From Octopus bimaculoides (Eukaryota), in assembly GCF_001194135.2 (NCBI RefSeq), contig NC_068998.1, positions 36,400,768 to 36,464,767 on the forward strand: 64,000 nt of DNA, written 5' to 3'. The position numbers were made by a program, and so were the translations under genes. The notes below the pieces were generated by a model that saw nothing but the letters and a program-made list of their open reading frames with translations, was not told where the DNA came from and did no database searches. Positions 12,100-25,233 of this stretch are shown in pieces (the first letter of the stretch is position 1; every line of letters starts with the position of its first letter).

Positions 12100-13160
12100 A
12101 AAAAGTTGCCGGGGGCTTCTAAAATTACGAAAGAAATAAAGAATTGTATCAATTTTTTTCAGATTCCAAGGCACCACACCTCAACACTATACTAATGGAA
12201 GTATGGAAAACAGGAGCACTCTTGAATCGGCTATTAAAATGTGTAATAGAACATTATAGCAAAACAATGCTATTATTTGGGTCAAAATGGTCCAGTACAA
12301 ATCCCAAAGAGAGAAAATATTCGATAATCTAAACAAAACAGACATTAATTTATCAGTTATTGCTGTTAAAATCCTAAACAAAATGTTGCTTGAAAATGCA
12401 CCATTATTAACAATCGAACAAAATTGCTTTGCTTCAGAAGGATCAACATTATCGCATATTCTTGTAATACCAAGACTTAAGAGGGCGTTAAAGATAAGAA
12501 CGTAAATGCTGTTATATCATTTATAGATCTTAGAGAGGCATTCGACTTAACCCACCAAGCCAAATAGATATAGATTCTCTGAGAATATTGTATTCCAGGC
12601 AATATCGCAGCTGCAATCAACATCACATACAATAGTACAACCATTCAGGTTTTATCACTTGATTGTGATACAGCTTTCTTTGAGAACATGACAGAAGTAC
12701 TACAAGGTAACTCTCTAGCACTTATCCTATTTATTGTGGCTTCTTTGAAAAGCAGACGTCATTCTGGAACTGTTATTAATGACTCAGATGCAAAACCTAT
12801 AACTCTCACTTCTAATATTATTAAGGAAGCTCACTTGCTACTTCAATGAGATGAGGAAGCAGGAAAGCACCTCGAATTACATTTCAATAACAAAAGGACA
12901 GAGTTTATGGTTCACAGTTAACCAACAAAACATGTGATGTCATCATATGTAAAACCGAGATGTATAACTGACTTTAAAACCTTGGGTCATGGATAAAAAG
13001 CTTAAAGAGAGGAAGGAAGATGATAATTGAATTGATATGTTCAGCAATGAACAAGACGTCCGCAATATGGGTCTAAACTATTTAATGACTTCAAAATACA
13101 GTTTTTAGAGTTACTGTATAAAGCATATTGTTACATGAATCTGAATGGGGGACACTTACG
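12100..13160 (+). mobile_element. Decayed RTE-like LINE reverse transcriptase fragment
   Basis: Frameshifted translation gives LSVIAVKILNKMLL, EQNCF..EGST.SHIL, VISFIDLREAFD, EVLQGNSLALILF and SILLHESEWGTLT (RT subdomains and thumb). Confidence 0.8.
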
Positions 13161-14114
13161 GAAGTAAGTGTATGTGTGTATGCGTACATCTATCGATCCA
13201 TCCATCCATTACTTTTGGAAGCAGAAAGTTTTTTTTTTCTGTTGTATATGTATAGTTATTCTTTTTATGTTGTATTTGTATTATTATCATATTATTCTTT
13301 TTTGTTATATACGTACAATTGTTAAATCATCTTAGCTTGTCTCGTTTGTTTTTGTTCTTGTATACATTCGTTAGCTATCTCCAGAAGTTTCCTGTTCTGG
13401 TGCTGCCAAGACGGAGAGGTATCAATATTAAAAGCGTAAAACTACTAGACTGACTTGGACATTGACTGGTGAGGAATCAGCTGCGAATTTTCCGTGTATT
13501 ATGATTTTGCCTAATTTCCCGTTTGCTGTTTTCGCCAAATTTTCACTTTGTTGTGTTCTTTCTATTCAACCCTTGAAATACATACATACATACATACATA
13601 CATACATGCATACATACATACATACATACATACATACATACATACTTATAAATATACGTACATACATACGTGAACTGCATCCAGTTGTGGGGTTCTGGTT
13701 CGAGAGTGCCAGGCTTTTGAGAAGTCACACTTGTTAGGATCCTAGCTATCAGTTAACTAGCAAGTGAACTACCAGGAGTGAAGAACCCTTAGTTCTCGTT
13801 AGAATTTCCACATAGGGGAAGGTAAATACGTATAAAAAATATCTGAAGTATTGTTGATTTGTGGTCGTTTCAACCGTTGGTATACCACTGGTTTTGTAGC
13901 TGATTGTGCAGAAAAATGTTGGCTCAGTACTGTCCAACACTTTATCCGCTCAAAACAAATTCACACACAAGGGGAACTCTTAGACTTTCAGCACGTTTGC
14001 ACAAACTTACTGAGTTTAGAAAGTGGTCTTACTCAGCCATGAATTGACTTCCACCGCACACACACACACACACACACACATACACCCCCACACACACATG
14101 AACACACACACACT

Positions 14115-14346
14115 GGCGGCGAGCTGGCAGAACCGTTAGCACACCGGACGAAATGCTTAGCGGTATTTTGTCTGCCCGCTACGTTCTGAGTTCAAATTCC
14201 GCCGAGGTCGACTTTGCCTTTCATCCTTTCGGGGTCGATTAAATAAGTACCAGTTACGCACTGGGGTCGATATAATCGATTTAATCCGTTTGTCTGTCCT
14301 TGTTTGTTCCCTCTGTGTGTAGCCCCTTGTGGGTAGTAAAGAAATA
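14115..14346 (+). mobile_element. SINE family A, full length, tail variant A2 (ctgtccttgtttgttccctc...ccccttgtggg..taaagaaata)
   Basis: Intact head ggcggcgagctggcagaaccgttagc, core and tail; inserted in a (CA)n tract. Confidence 0.92.
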
Positions 14347-15511
14347 ACACACGCACACATATAAGACAGAGAGAAAGGGTACAAAAAGAGAGAGGGGGAA
14401 AGAGAGAGAATTACCTTATGTATAACTAGGATGAGGTTAATCTTGAGAAGAAAATATAAAGTGAAATAATCATTGTGGTATATGTACAAACCAAAAATTG
14501 ATAAATGAGATGAAACATTAAGGAATCTTACACTATGGAAAATAACGTTTATACATTATATGTAGCCGGAAATTTGTACTGTCAAAATCTGTTAGACTTG
14601 ACGAAATTAATATTTCTGTAGGGGAAATTTTTTAGTTTGAACTGTCAATTATATTTGATAAAAAGGTTAAAATATTCAACCATGGCGTCTTGATTTGAAT
14701 ATAAATATGGTTTTTCTAAAAATTAAAACGTCTTACAAAAATATCTACTACGATTTTCTGTAAGAATACTCTGAAATAGTTATTATAAAATCGTATAAAA
14801 TATTCTCACCTAAGTTTAGAAGAGAATGCACAATGTTTTTGGCTTAAACTCGTAAGTTTAGCTACAGGTATATTTAAGAGTTTTGTAGGCGTTGTAGGTC
14901 TCAAAATCTAACCAGCATGATCACATCTATAACTATTTAGATGTGTAAAAAATACGAATGATACTAGTTGTATATAAGAAAGAAATAAGAATATAATGGA
15001 CAAAAACATATTGCATTAAAATAAAAACAGCAGCAGTATTAAATTACACATGTTGTGATATAAGTATAGTGATCCAACACCGTAATACCGGCGTGGGATA
15101 AAGATTTGGGTTTGAGGAAAAGTTCTGTAAGATAATAGAGACGTTGAATACGAAAAAGAACACAATTATTTTTGGGTGTAAAATATAAAGAAAATACAAA
15201 TGGGTACATATAATGTTGTGGTAGATACACGATAGAATTACCAAGAAACTACAATCTCATACAAACCAGATGTAATATCTTTAAAAATGATATGCAGTAC
15301 AAAAAAGATGAGACAATATAAATGCAAAAAAGATAAAATACAAAATCAGGGAACGAATAAATAAATATAGATAAATGATTATATATAGAATATCTTTATT
15401 ATAAAAAACAACTATGTAAATTTACATAAGAATACTTACCCAAGTATCTATATTATATAATACTCAAACACATATATTACTATACAGGTGAGTAAATACA
15501 TGCATGCCCAT

Positions 15512-15519
<8 letters not shown>

Positions 15520-15563
<44 letters not shown>

Positions 15564-15600
15564 ATGTATATATATGTATATATATACATATATATGTGTA

Positions 15601-15637
<37 letters not shown>

Positions 15638-15690
15638 TATAATTTATATATATTATGTACATGGATATATATTATATAACTATGTATATG
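15520..15690. repeat. (TA)n/(TATG)n-rich microsatellite block
   Basis: Seen directly. Confidence 0.9.
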
Positions 15691-16449
15691 TATCTCTCTC
15701 TCCACACACACCACATATATACAGATAGATAGATACACACATATTTCTATATGTATGTATATAGACATCTACATACATACACACGCGCAATGACGCACAT
15801 ACATACATGGACATACACACTACACCTACAACGATATATGGACAAACACACACAAGCATTTGCACGGAAATAACTGAAGACAAAAATATATGAATTAATA
15901 TAGATAAATGTGTATTAATTTAAGAATAAAAATAAACCACTGATGCAAATAGAAGCTTAAAAATTGCTAAAGGATACACAAAAATAATAACTAGATTAAA
16001 TGAACACAAAATGACATAATAAAATCAAAACCTCAAGTAAAGTATAAAAATTTCTAATTTATATACGAAACAAAAAGAACTGCAATAATAATAATAATAA
16101 TAATGGAACTAAAACGCAGGGTGTATCTATACTATAAAAGGCAATAATTATATAAAAATGAATCAAGTAGGGGTAAAATAATTGAGATTTAATAGATACA
16201 GAAGTAAAAAGTAGATATATTAATCTAGGGGGAATAATTCTAAATTTAAGAAATCATATTGTAGTTAAGTAATGAGTAATGTGTAAAGTTGTTATAAGTA
16301 GTTATGGGTATTCTTCTTCTGCTTATTAAGTCTATATTAGGGATGTTCGCATAATCAGTATACTCACGTCTAGTTAATGCTCTATTGTAATATTCATTAT
16401 ATGATAGGTAGATAGCCTCGAATAAATGTTTCTAACTATATAATTTTCT

Positions 16450-16640
16450 TTCTATTATAAGCACAAAGCTTGAAAATTGGGGTGAGGGAGCTAGTAGATT
16501 ATACTGATCTCAGTACTCATGTGGTGCTTGTTTTATAGACCTCATAAGGATGAAATGTATAGTAGACCTCGGTAGAATTTGAACTCAGAACTAAAAGCCA
16601 TATGAAGTATTTTATCTGGCATGTTAATGATTTCATCCGG
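16450..16640 (-). mobile_element. SINE family A, diverged
   Basis: gacctcggtagaatttgaactcagaac core on the minus strand. Confidence 0.7.
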
Positions 16641-18349
16641 CATGCTAATAGCTTTAGAATAGTTACTAGACTTAACGACATAGCATTTCATCAAGATCTT
16701 TGTATATTCCACATACTGATGTCATGGGAGCTAACTCTTTGTGTCAGTATCGATAATTATAAATAAATAAATAAATAAATGAATAAATAAATGAAGCTAC
16801 GTATTTCCTTTTTGAATCTATATGTGCTGCGTGACTTCGTGATAACAAACTCTGTACAATTTACCGGAAGCAGGGAGGATGTTTAGAAGTATAGTATTTT
16901 AAATATGAAATCCAGCAATGTTACAAACTTCAGCAGAAGCTTTTGCTCCCATGCTCACATCGAAGGGCCCTGAATTTTACTTTTTGAAACATATGGAATT
17001 ACCATAGAAAGTACATGGTTTTTCTTTCGTATAATATATCAATGTCACTATTTTCGATTGAAGTAATGTTCATTGTAAAGTTGAGGAAAGAACTGCTCTG
17101 AGAATCAGCTTCATTATCGTACAATAGCATTTCTTAGTATCAAACTGCAAACAAGTGGAAACCATTTTCATCTTGGAAACAATTGAATCATTGGATATCA
17201 GAACTAGTTTTACTTCAAAGAGTTAACAGTTATTGGTGCTTAATTTTAGGAGTAATTGAATGTAATATATCTTTGCTAATTATGTCTTTTCGTATATTTT
17301 CCTAACGTCATCAGGCCTATACTAGGTATCTACATAGATTTACACATTTACACATCTACACATGACATTATAGATCAATTGGTAACTCTATATTTAGATT
17401 CTCTACATTTTTTTTCTTCCCGGATGTCAGATATTGATTTCAGCCACCTCTTGGCTATTTCTATTTTACTATTTTTGTCTTTAGTGGAATACTCTACACC
17501 GCTTCTTACTCATAATTCACTTCTCATATTGTTCCACATCTATTTATAAGGCGAACTTTAGTATTTTCTTTCTATTANNNNNNNNNNNNNNNNNNNNNNN
17601 NNNNNNNNNNNNNNNNNNNNNNNNNNNNNNNNNNNNNNNNNNNNNNNNNNNNNNNNNNNNNNNNNNNNNNNNNNNNNNNNNNNNNNNNNNNNNNNNNNNN
17701 NNNNNNNNNNNNNNNNTATATACGAGATAAATTCTTGATTTATTATTTTATTGAAACTATCTTCACTTCTTGATAGTGTGGATTATTGGCAATTAGGACC
17801 GACTCCAAATGAGAAGGGGAAATAATCTCAAGAATCAAGAATTTTCCAATGCTAAAATGGCATTAACGAAAAAAATACAATTTGATTGTATGAATGGAAG
17901 AGGACAGCTGTTATGCGTATTTCTGCCTCAACAGCCGTCATCAACACAACTATTCGTCTACCTTATCTTCAGCAAAAAAAGAAACATATACATATGTCTT
18001 TAGCTGATTCTGAGTCAGAAGAAGAAACAGAGCTTCTTTGGTTCTCTTCAATGCTCCTGAGACGAGTATGCGGTAGGAGTTGTGTGAATTCAAACGGGTG
18101 ATTCGGCGCCCAAATGCTTAAGACAGAGAATAGTCTTCTAATGTCACCTCAGAGCCAGGTATGTGGTGATATTTAACTGAATGGTACGTTTCGTCAACTA
18201 CCGGGAACTGTCTGCTTCGGCAGCCTTGAACACTATTTCTGTCCACTAAACATCATTCACAAGGCTTCAGTCAAATCGAAATTGTTGTAGAAGAAATCTG
18301 TCCAAGGTACGGACTGAATGCAATGCCGAGAGCAGATAAAATAATAATA

Positions 18350-18640
18350 AATGGCACTCCGTCGGTTACAACGATGAGTGAAACAGTTGATCCGATCAAC
18401 AGAACAGGCTGCTTGCGAAATTAAAGTGCAAGTCGCTGATGCCTCCAAGAACAAATGTACCCTCAATGTAGTTCTCAGGGAGATTCAGCGTGATACAGAA
18501 TGTGACAAGGCTGGCTTTTGTAATGCAGGTACTACTCATTTTTGCTAGCTGAGTGAACTGAAGCAATGTGAAATAAAGTGTCTTGCTCAAGGACAAAACA
18601 CGCCGCTGTGAATCGAACCTACGACCTAGTAGTAAAGCCA
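18350..18640 (-). mobile_element. SINE family C tail joined to a CORE-like central domain
   Basis: Minus strand ccttgagcaagacactttatttcacattgcttcagttcactcagct resembles the CORE-SINE domain; the tail matches 44000-44170. Confidence 0.8.
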
Positions 18641-21199
18641 CATGTCTTCGCTGAGAGCAGATATACCCACTCATAATACATTTTTACTATAGAATGCAGT
18701 TTTATATTCCAATCTATCTTTTATTGAGGAATGTCAATTTTGAAACATTTCATTTTCTTTGTCAAGTTCTTTGTCAAGTTCATTGGGGCAACATGACTTA
18801 CAGAAAAGGCCAATTTTATTTTTTCACTTCTTTCCCTCCTTCACGGTTTCTTCCACCAATTACATCAAGATTTGGAGTAACGAAAGAAATCTCTAAGAGG
18901 TTGCATGAGAACGCGCGAATTAGCAACTGCAGCTCACTCAGATTATGACCTGCCGTCTCAATGTGAAATTTAATTCGAAATACGTAATATCTGAAAATGA
19001 ATGCGGAAAAATCACTGCTGGAATACTTTTGATTATAGATATGCACAATAAACAGCAATAACTAATTTTTTAGAAGCCAGCAAAGAAGCATCTATAGGGT
19101 TGTTCGCCTTGCTAGAAATAGTAGCGTATCAACTTTGAATATAAAGAAGAGATTCGTGAACCAACCGAGATACCCCTGCACAGCTGTTTTATCTGGTAGA
19201 AATCACAGTCAAGTCTTAAATAAATAAAGAGTTATTGTAGAACGAGGACAACATGTTTGCAGAGGCAGATGATCGCAATAGAAAGATCTTTGAAGATTAT
19301 TCAGTTCTGTCAGAGTTGCTTCAGGCATAAGCGACATCATAAAAGAACACATTTAATAATGGTCTCCTAAAAATATTCCGAAAATAAAAGCAATACAAAA
19401 CGGGTGGTGAACGATGCAAAATTTTTCTTCATAGGTTTTAACAAAGATGACTTGCGGCTAAATACCACCACCACCAGCAACAACAACAATAGTAACAGCT
19501 ACAACAACAGCACTAAAATCATCTGGCACATCGTGCATTGTACGTTTATCATAATTTCTTATCATTTTTACATTTTTCTATGTTAATTACAGGCCTTAAC
19601 AAGTGCTATTCTCTTCATTCTCTCAGTTTATTTGCCAGTCCTTGACAAAGACGATATCGTGATAATTTCTTTCCTAATGGCAAACAAAAGCTTAACGAAA
19701 TTATGTTTGCTCTCTAATCATTGCATTACTTGATAGGTTTTCTTTTCTAGTAAAAAAGTGCTTTTATTTTGTAAATAAAGGAGTCATTATTTACTTCAAT
19801 AGCTTTTTTTGCCAGTATTTGGCATTCAACCATTTAAACGTTACTTAAAATTAACAAAACTATTTTGTTATCATAATTTGCTTAGTCGCTACTTTGTTGT
19901 AATTTGTTAACTTAAATCATTCAAGATCTAAACATTTTTATGCCTTCTTCTCAGCAGCTTACTTTCTTTCGGCTATTAGTAGCCACAAAGTCTTTGCGTC
20001 TTATCGTTTTTTTTTTTTTTTTTTGTAATTCGAATATTTAGTAACAACGGTCGTTTTCTTATCAATACAAATAGACAAAATAAGGAAACTTTTATCATCA
20101 GCATTTCTTATCCCTCACTACCGTTGTAGTTGTTGTTGTCGTTGCTTAGCTCCATGTTAGCTTCGATCGAACAGACACAAGGTTAATGGCATTCCAACCA
20201 CGACCACCTTGTATTACAGAATCTCTCATGTTGTGTTGTAGGAAGATAATTACTGTTGTTAGTTCCAAGATCAGTACTCATTGAGCAGATTTAGAGCCGA
20301 AAACGCTCCAGCCTTTGTCGATCCTTTCTTGCATTTTCAGACTCAGTTCATCTACAACCACATTATTCATTTACAGTTATACAAGATGTTTAAGTTGAGT
20401 GGTCTCATTAAAATTTGGCATCTATTTGTAACAGATCCAACGACCATATATAGAATCTGTTAACAGTGGTTAGTCCTATAACTTTATAAGATTAATCTTC
20501 GAAATTGCTGGTCTTTACGAATTGATTCTAAAGAGTTTCTTCGCGATATATTTTCTGGAAAAAAAGTCGTCATGTTTCTTTTTCAATACCTATTTTTATT
20601 AATTTCATTTGCAAATTCAATTTCAGTAATTGTGCTGTCTTTAAATTCATAGATAAATCTGTTTCGGAATTTCCATTTCAGTCATCAGTGGGAAGTATTC
20701 CGAGGACTTTCAATGAGTTGATAAATCTATAAAAACAAATAAGAATATTTTTAGAAATTGATAAATTTGTTGGCTAGTAGATAAAAAACAAACAAAAAAA
20801 AAATTTGAAAGCTATTTATGAAAATTGATAATGTTGAAAATTAAACTATTCAAAATAGACTACAAAAACAAATGAAGAAATACTTTACTTTATTATTTTA
20901 CGAAGGAAAGAGAAAACAGAATAAAGTTTCCAGGAACAATTTTCTCTTTTCTAAAACATACAGAATAACTAGTGACAAGTGAATTTCCATCTGGGCTGAA
21001 TCAGAGCACTTTATGTCTATGACTTCTGATTACTTTCGGCAGCTCCTGGTATTAGTAACTGACACCCACGAAATGGTCTGTGTGCATCTCTGGGAAGTTC
21101 ACCTATAGAACATGATAAACTGCTCGTTTAGTTTTTGAAATAGTGTCTAATCGGAACTCATGACTTAGTTGATCTTTATTGTTCCAAAGGTTATGAGAT

Positions 21200-21930
21200 T
21201 TATTCTGCACAAAGGGGAGAGAGGATCCTTTTCACTTGTCTTTCTTGTCTTTGGTCTGGGCTCCCTCTTCTGGGTCTTCTTTCTGTTTTCTTATTTACGT
21301 TGTCCACGACAGTTTGATATTCATCTTATTCCACCTCAGTCTCCACCTCTCCTCTGTCCTATTAAGATGATATAATTATACTAGTGTGACTGCTTCCTCT
21401 CACTTCTTGATTATCGGCTCTTGATATCAAGAATGTGTTCTGATACTATAGTATTAGAGGCTATTGATGCTCTGGAAAGGGGGACTTCTTGGTTTCCTGT
21501 TGCTATTGTCCACTCCAATCCTTAACTTCATTTCTAGCTGTTTTTAGTTTTATACGTAGAGCAACTGGGCCTTCTGCTCTGCGTTACCAGTCTCATAGCC
21601 TTTGTTTCCGTCTTCATCACAAATCACAATACCAAAACGGCTGTTTCTTTCGGATTGTATAAAGACTTGTATGTCTATTGACCACATATCTGTTTTAATT
21701 ACCTTGAAACTCACTCATTTGCGAGATCTGCCTCATATGCAACCACAGGACAGGAACCACTGTCGCTGTCAATACCTCTGATTGTATCCTTGTATTCCTC
21801 TAATTCATATATTGCAACACACACTTAAAGGTTGGTAGGTTTGTTGTACACCAGCTCAGCATGTCGCCTCGAATTGCACTCGGCCTTGAGGATCAAACAC
21901 GCTTCCCACATGCGTTGTTCCGACTTTGAA
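21200..21930 (-). mobile_element. Highly decayed RLE-type LINE 3' region, Hero-like
   Basis: Broken minus frames give LVYNKPTNL, GSCPV, LYTIRKKQ, KDWS..KKSPFPEH, ERKQSH*Y and ERWRLRW, in the order expected for a Hero/NeSL knuckle plus PD-(D/E)xK region. Confidence 0.4.
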
Positions 21931-22805
21931 AATCACATCATTTCACTTATTGGTCAGGTTTTATTACAACTGTTATTTTTAGGATAATTGAAAAAACTCT
22001 TTTATCGTTCATCAAGCAGAGAAATGCAACTTCTCTTATTTGACCCTTTGAAAATAAATACTCTTGGCTAGGAATAAGTTTTTATTGATACAATGTACCA
22101 CGATGTATATATTTTTACCAAATATTACCAAAGTAAAATCTATCAATTCTGCTTGTTTAGTAATCGCAGCTTAAATGTCGTTGTTAATAACTTTGTTTGT
22201 GTTGTATAACTTAATGTTTTCACATGTGAAAATTGCATAATTTTTTAACGTGACAGTGGTTGTTGTCATCTTCTTAATCAAGTCTATTTTCTTATTCGTT
22301 TTTGTATAATCTTTTTTTTAACGTCAAAGTTAAGTTATTTATTTTATTTTTAGATGATTACTGCTGCTCTAGAATGAGAAGTAATATTCAAAAAGAAGTG
22401 TCAACTTACAAAAAAGAAGTAATAATATGCCAATCGATGAAACAAAAAATAAATTTTGTTTCCTCTAGGTGTTGCGACAAACATCGTTGGGCTGGAGAAT
22501 GTCCATGCTTGAAAATAGTCTGAAATAAGAAAAGTTTCCACTAAGTAAAGCTAGCAGAAATCAAATTCTATCGCAACATTCTGAAAAGATGTCCTTTCAA
22601 CACAAGCCAAGAACAACAATGACGACGATGACGGAAACAGAAACAAGACAAGCAATGACAACAACAACAACAATAATAATGTTGATCCTTTCTGCTACAG
22701 GCACAAGTTCTGAAATTTTTTGAGGAATGGATTAGTGGATTACATCGACCATAGTACTCCACTGATACTTGATTGGATTCCAGTTTTATGAAAAAGGATG
22801 ATAAT

Positions 22806-22865
<60 letters not shown>

Positions 22866-22866
22866 T

Positions 22867-23125
22867 GGCTGAAGTTCAAAAGATAGTGCTCATGGGAACT
22901 GCCCATATCCTACGTAAAATACTGTCTATGTGATCTCAAATTTTAAAGCAAACACATAATTTTCTTATGGGTTCTTAAGCATTCACTTGAACAAAACTGT
23001 ACAAATCCAAATATATGGTACCCTCGGCATAACACCTACATGAACTTCTAACTTGTTGTCTCTTGAGGTCTCTGGGTGAGACTTGGATCCAACTTGTACA
23101 AATGCAAAACAAAAGTCAAACATAA
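22867..23125 (+). mobile_element. 5'-truncated R4/Dong-like LINE (ORF end and 3' UTR) inside (TAA)n
   Basis: AEVQKIVLMGTAHILRKILSM* (stop 22931-22933) resembles the R4/Dong C-terminus; flanked by (TAA)n at 22802-22865 and 23126-23236. Confidence 0.85.
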
Positions 23126-23167
<42 letters not shown>

Positions 23168-23182
23168 AATAATAATAACAAC

Positions 23183-23225
<43 letters not shown>

Positions 23226-23236
23226 TTAATAATAAT

Positions 23237-24680
23237 CCTTTCTGTATTATTGGCCACAAGGACCGAACACAAAAACATATAGGGACAATACAATCAAGGG
23301 ACAAGTGGGGTTTAAAACAGAAAACGTGTAAACAACAAAAACAAAATAACAGTTAACAACAACAAAAAAGAAACAATAAAATTCCCCAATGGGGGAGTTA
23401 CAATCCAAAGCAACCAGGCATCCCACACATCCTGGTCACCACGACTGTCAAGGGCACGCCTCTTCTCCTCAACTGCACCAGCTTACAGACGAATATTCAG
23501 AGTAGGCCCATGCACGCGAGCCATTGTCGCAACATTCACTCACCTCTTAGCAAACTTACTGCGCGGCAGTGCTTCCCTCTCTACCCTCATTTTCCTTTTC
23601 AAGTGGAACTTGAAAAAGCCGATGAGGGATCGGCCGAAGAGGAAAGTATGTCTTCAGTCCTTCCGGTCTCCTCTACCACACTACCTCTTTCGCTATAGCA
23701 ACCAGGCAGAGGAAAACGGCCTTTCCCTCCCAACCAAAAGAAGGTGATCCTCACAATGGACTCGGCTGATAACCGGATCCGTCCTACACGTGATAACAGC
23801 TGTTCGACAAAGCTCCACAGGTCGGTAATGCACGGACGCTGGACGAGTGCATGCAGGACGGTTTCATCGCCATGTGCACACCTCAGACACGACCGCTTGA
23901 CAGCATTTCCGTGTCTGTAGATCTTGTCTCAAACCGGCAAAGCTCCCCGGTAGCACTGTCAGGCCAGAAATTTCGGGAAGTTATACATAGGCCCTGGCCA
24001 GAAAGTCCTCCGGAAAAGCCCAGTTAGTTGATCCCTCTTGACGCCCAGAGTTTCTCCCAGTACGTCGTCGCTCTTTCCCTTCACTAGTCCTCTATAGAAC
24101 TCTATGGTGGAATTTCAACCGACCGCGTTTCCCGAATGGCAGAAAGCTGTGAGTGCTTGCCGACATTCCAGGTGCCAAGCGCGCTTTCTCGGTCTGCGCT
24201 TGACCCAAGACTGTAGCTCTGTCGATGAGATGAGCTGCAGAATGTCCCGTTTGACGAACAACAACCACACCTGCTGGCCATTAAGGAAACGATGGAAATG
24301 TCACAGCCTCAGTGCATTCTGCGCATTATTAGCCACGGTATGTCCAGTCCTCCACTCAACAGCTGAACCGCCTGATGAGCACAACACGTCCCTTCCATAA
24401 AAAGAAGAAGAGCAAGCGCTCCAATTTTTTCACGCACGAAGTGGGGCAAGGAACGACAGTCAGGCGGTAGTAGATGACCTAAGCGAAGTATGCATTCGCC
24501 AACTCAGCTCTCTGCCCATTTCTGGGTGAGATTGGCTACCCTGCTCGTCACCTCTCCGCAATTCTTGTCCACCTGGAGGTCTGGACCAAATCAGACCCCC
24601 ATCAATTTAACCGGTCATTCTGTCAAGCGTACTACAACGCTGTCGGTTGGCATGCACCTGCCTCTCCAGGTGAAAAACTG
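23237..24680 (-). mobile_element. L1/Tx1-clade LINE, 3' part of ORF2 plus 3' UTR, decayed
   Basis: Minus frames: VIYYRLTVVPCP, FFFLWKGRV, GGLDIPWL (thumb); QCYRGALPV*DKIYRHGNAVKRSCLRCAHGDETVLHALV (zf-RVT-like); FFKFHLKRKMRVEREAL...IRL* (stop at 23483-23485). Confidence 0.88.
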
Positions 24681-24870
24681 ATAATGTCATTCTGTCAACG
24701 TGTGGACGCTGGTTGCTCTCGTTCATACTTTACGTTTAAATTTCTGTAATTTTGAATTTTTATCACTTCTTATTTTGAACTTGACAAAGACACACTTACT
24801 GTTGAAATATCGTTGAACTAATAAAATATCTTACAATCGAATCGCGCTCTTCGTCTTGACTAATAATAAT

Positions 24871-24912
<42 letters not shown>

Positions 24913-24930
24913 AATAATAATAATAATAAT

Positions 24931-25233
24931 AGGGCTGATTACTACCTAGCTCAGATACCAGGAAACCCCAAAATGGCTGAAGTTCAAAAGATAGTGCTCA
25001 TGGGAACTGGCCATATCCTACGTAAAATACTGTCTATGTGATCTCAAATTTTAAAACAAACACATAATTTTCTTATGGCTGCTTAAACATTCTCTAGAAC
25101 AACACTGTACAAATTCAAATATATGGTACACTAGGCATACCACCTACATGAACTTCTAACTTGTCGTCTCTTGAGGTCTCTGGGTGAGACTTGGATCCAA
25201 CTTGTACAAATGCAAAACAAAAGTCAAACATAA
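24931..25233 (+). mobile_element. Second 5'-truncated copy of the same R4/Dong-like LINE inside (AAC)n(TAA)n
   Basis: RADYYLAQIPGNPKMAEVQKIVLMGTGHILRKILSM*; 3' UTR is nearly identical to the 22867 copy with the same end (...caaaagtcaaacataaaataataat). Confidence 0.88.

Noticed and set aside
16250-16440. Possible Penelope-like relic on the minus strand (YNEYYNRALTRREY)
   Set aside because: Similarity too weak to support without a profile search.
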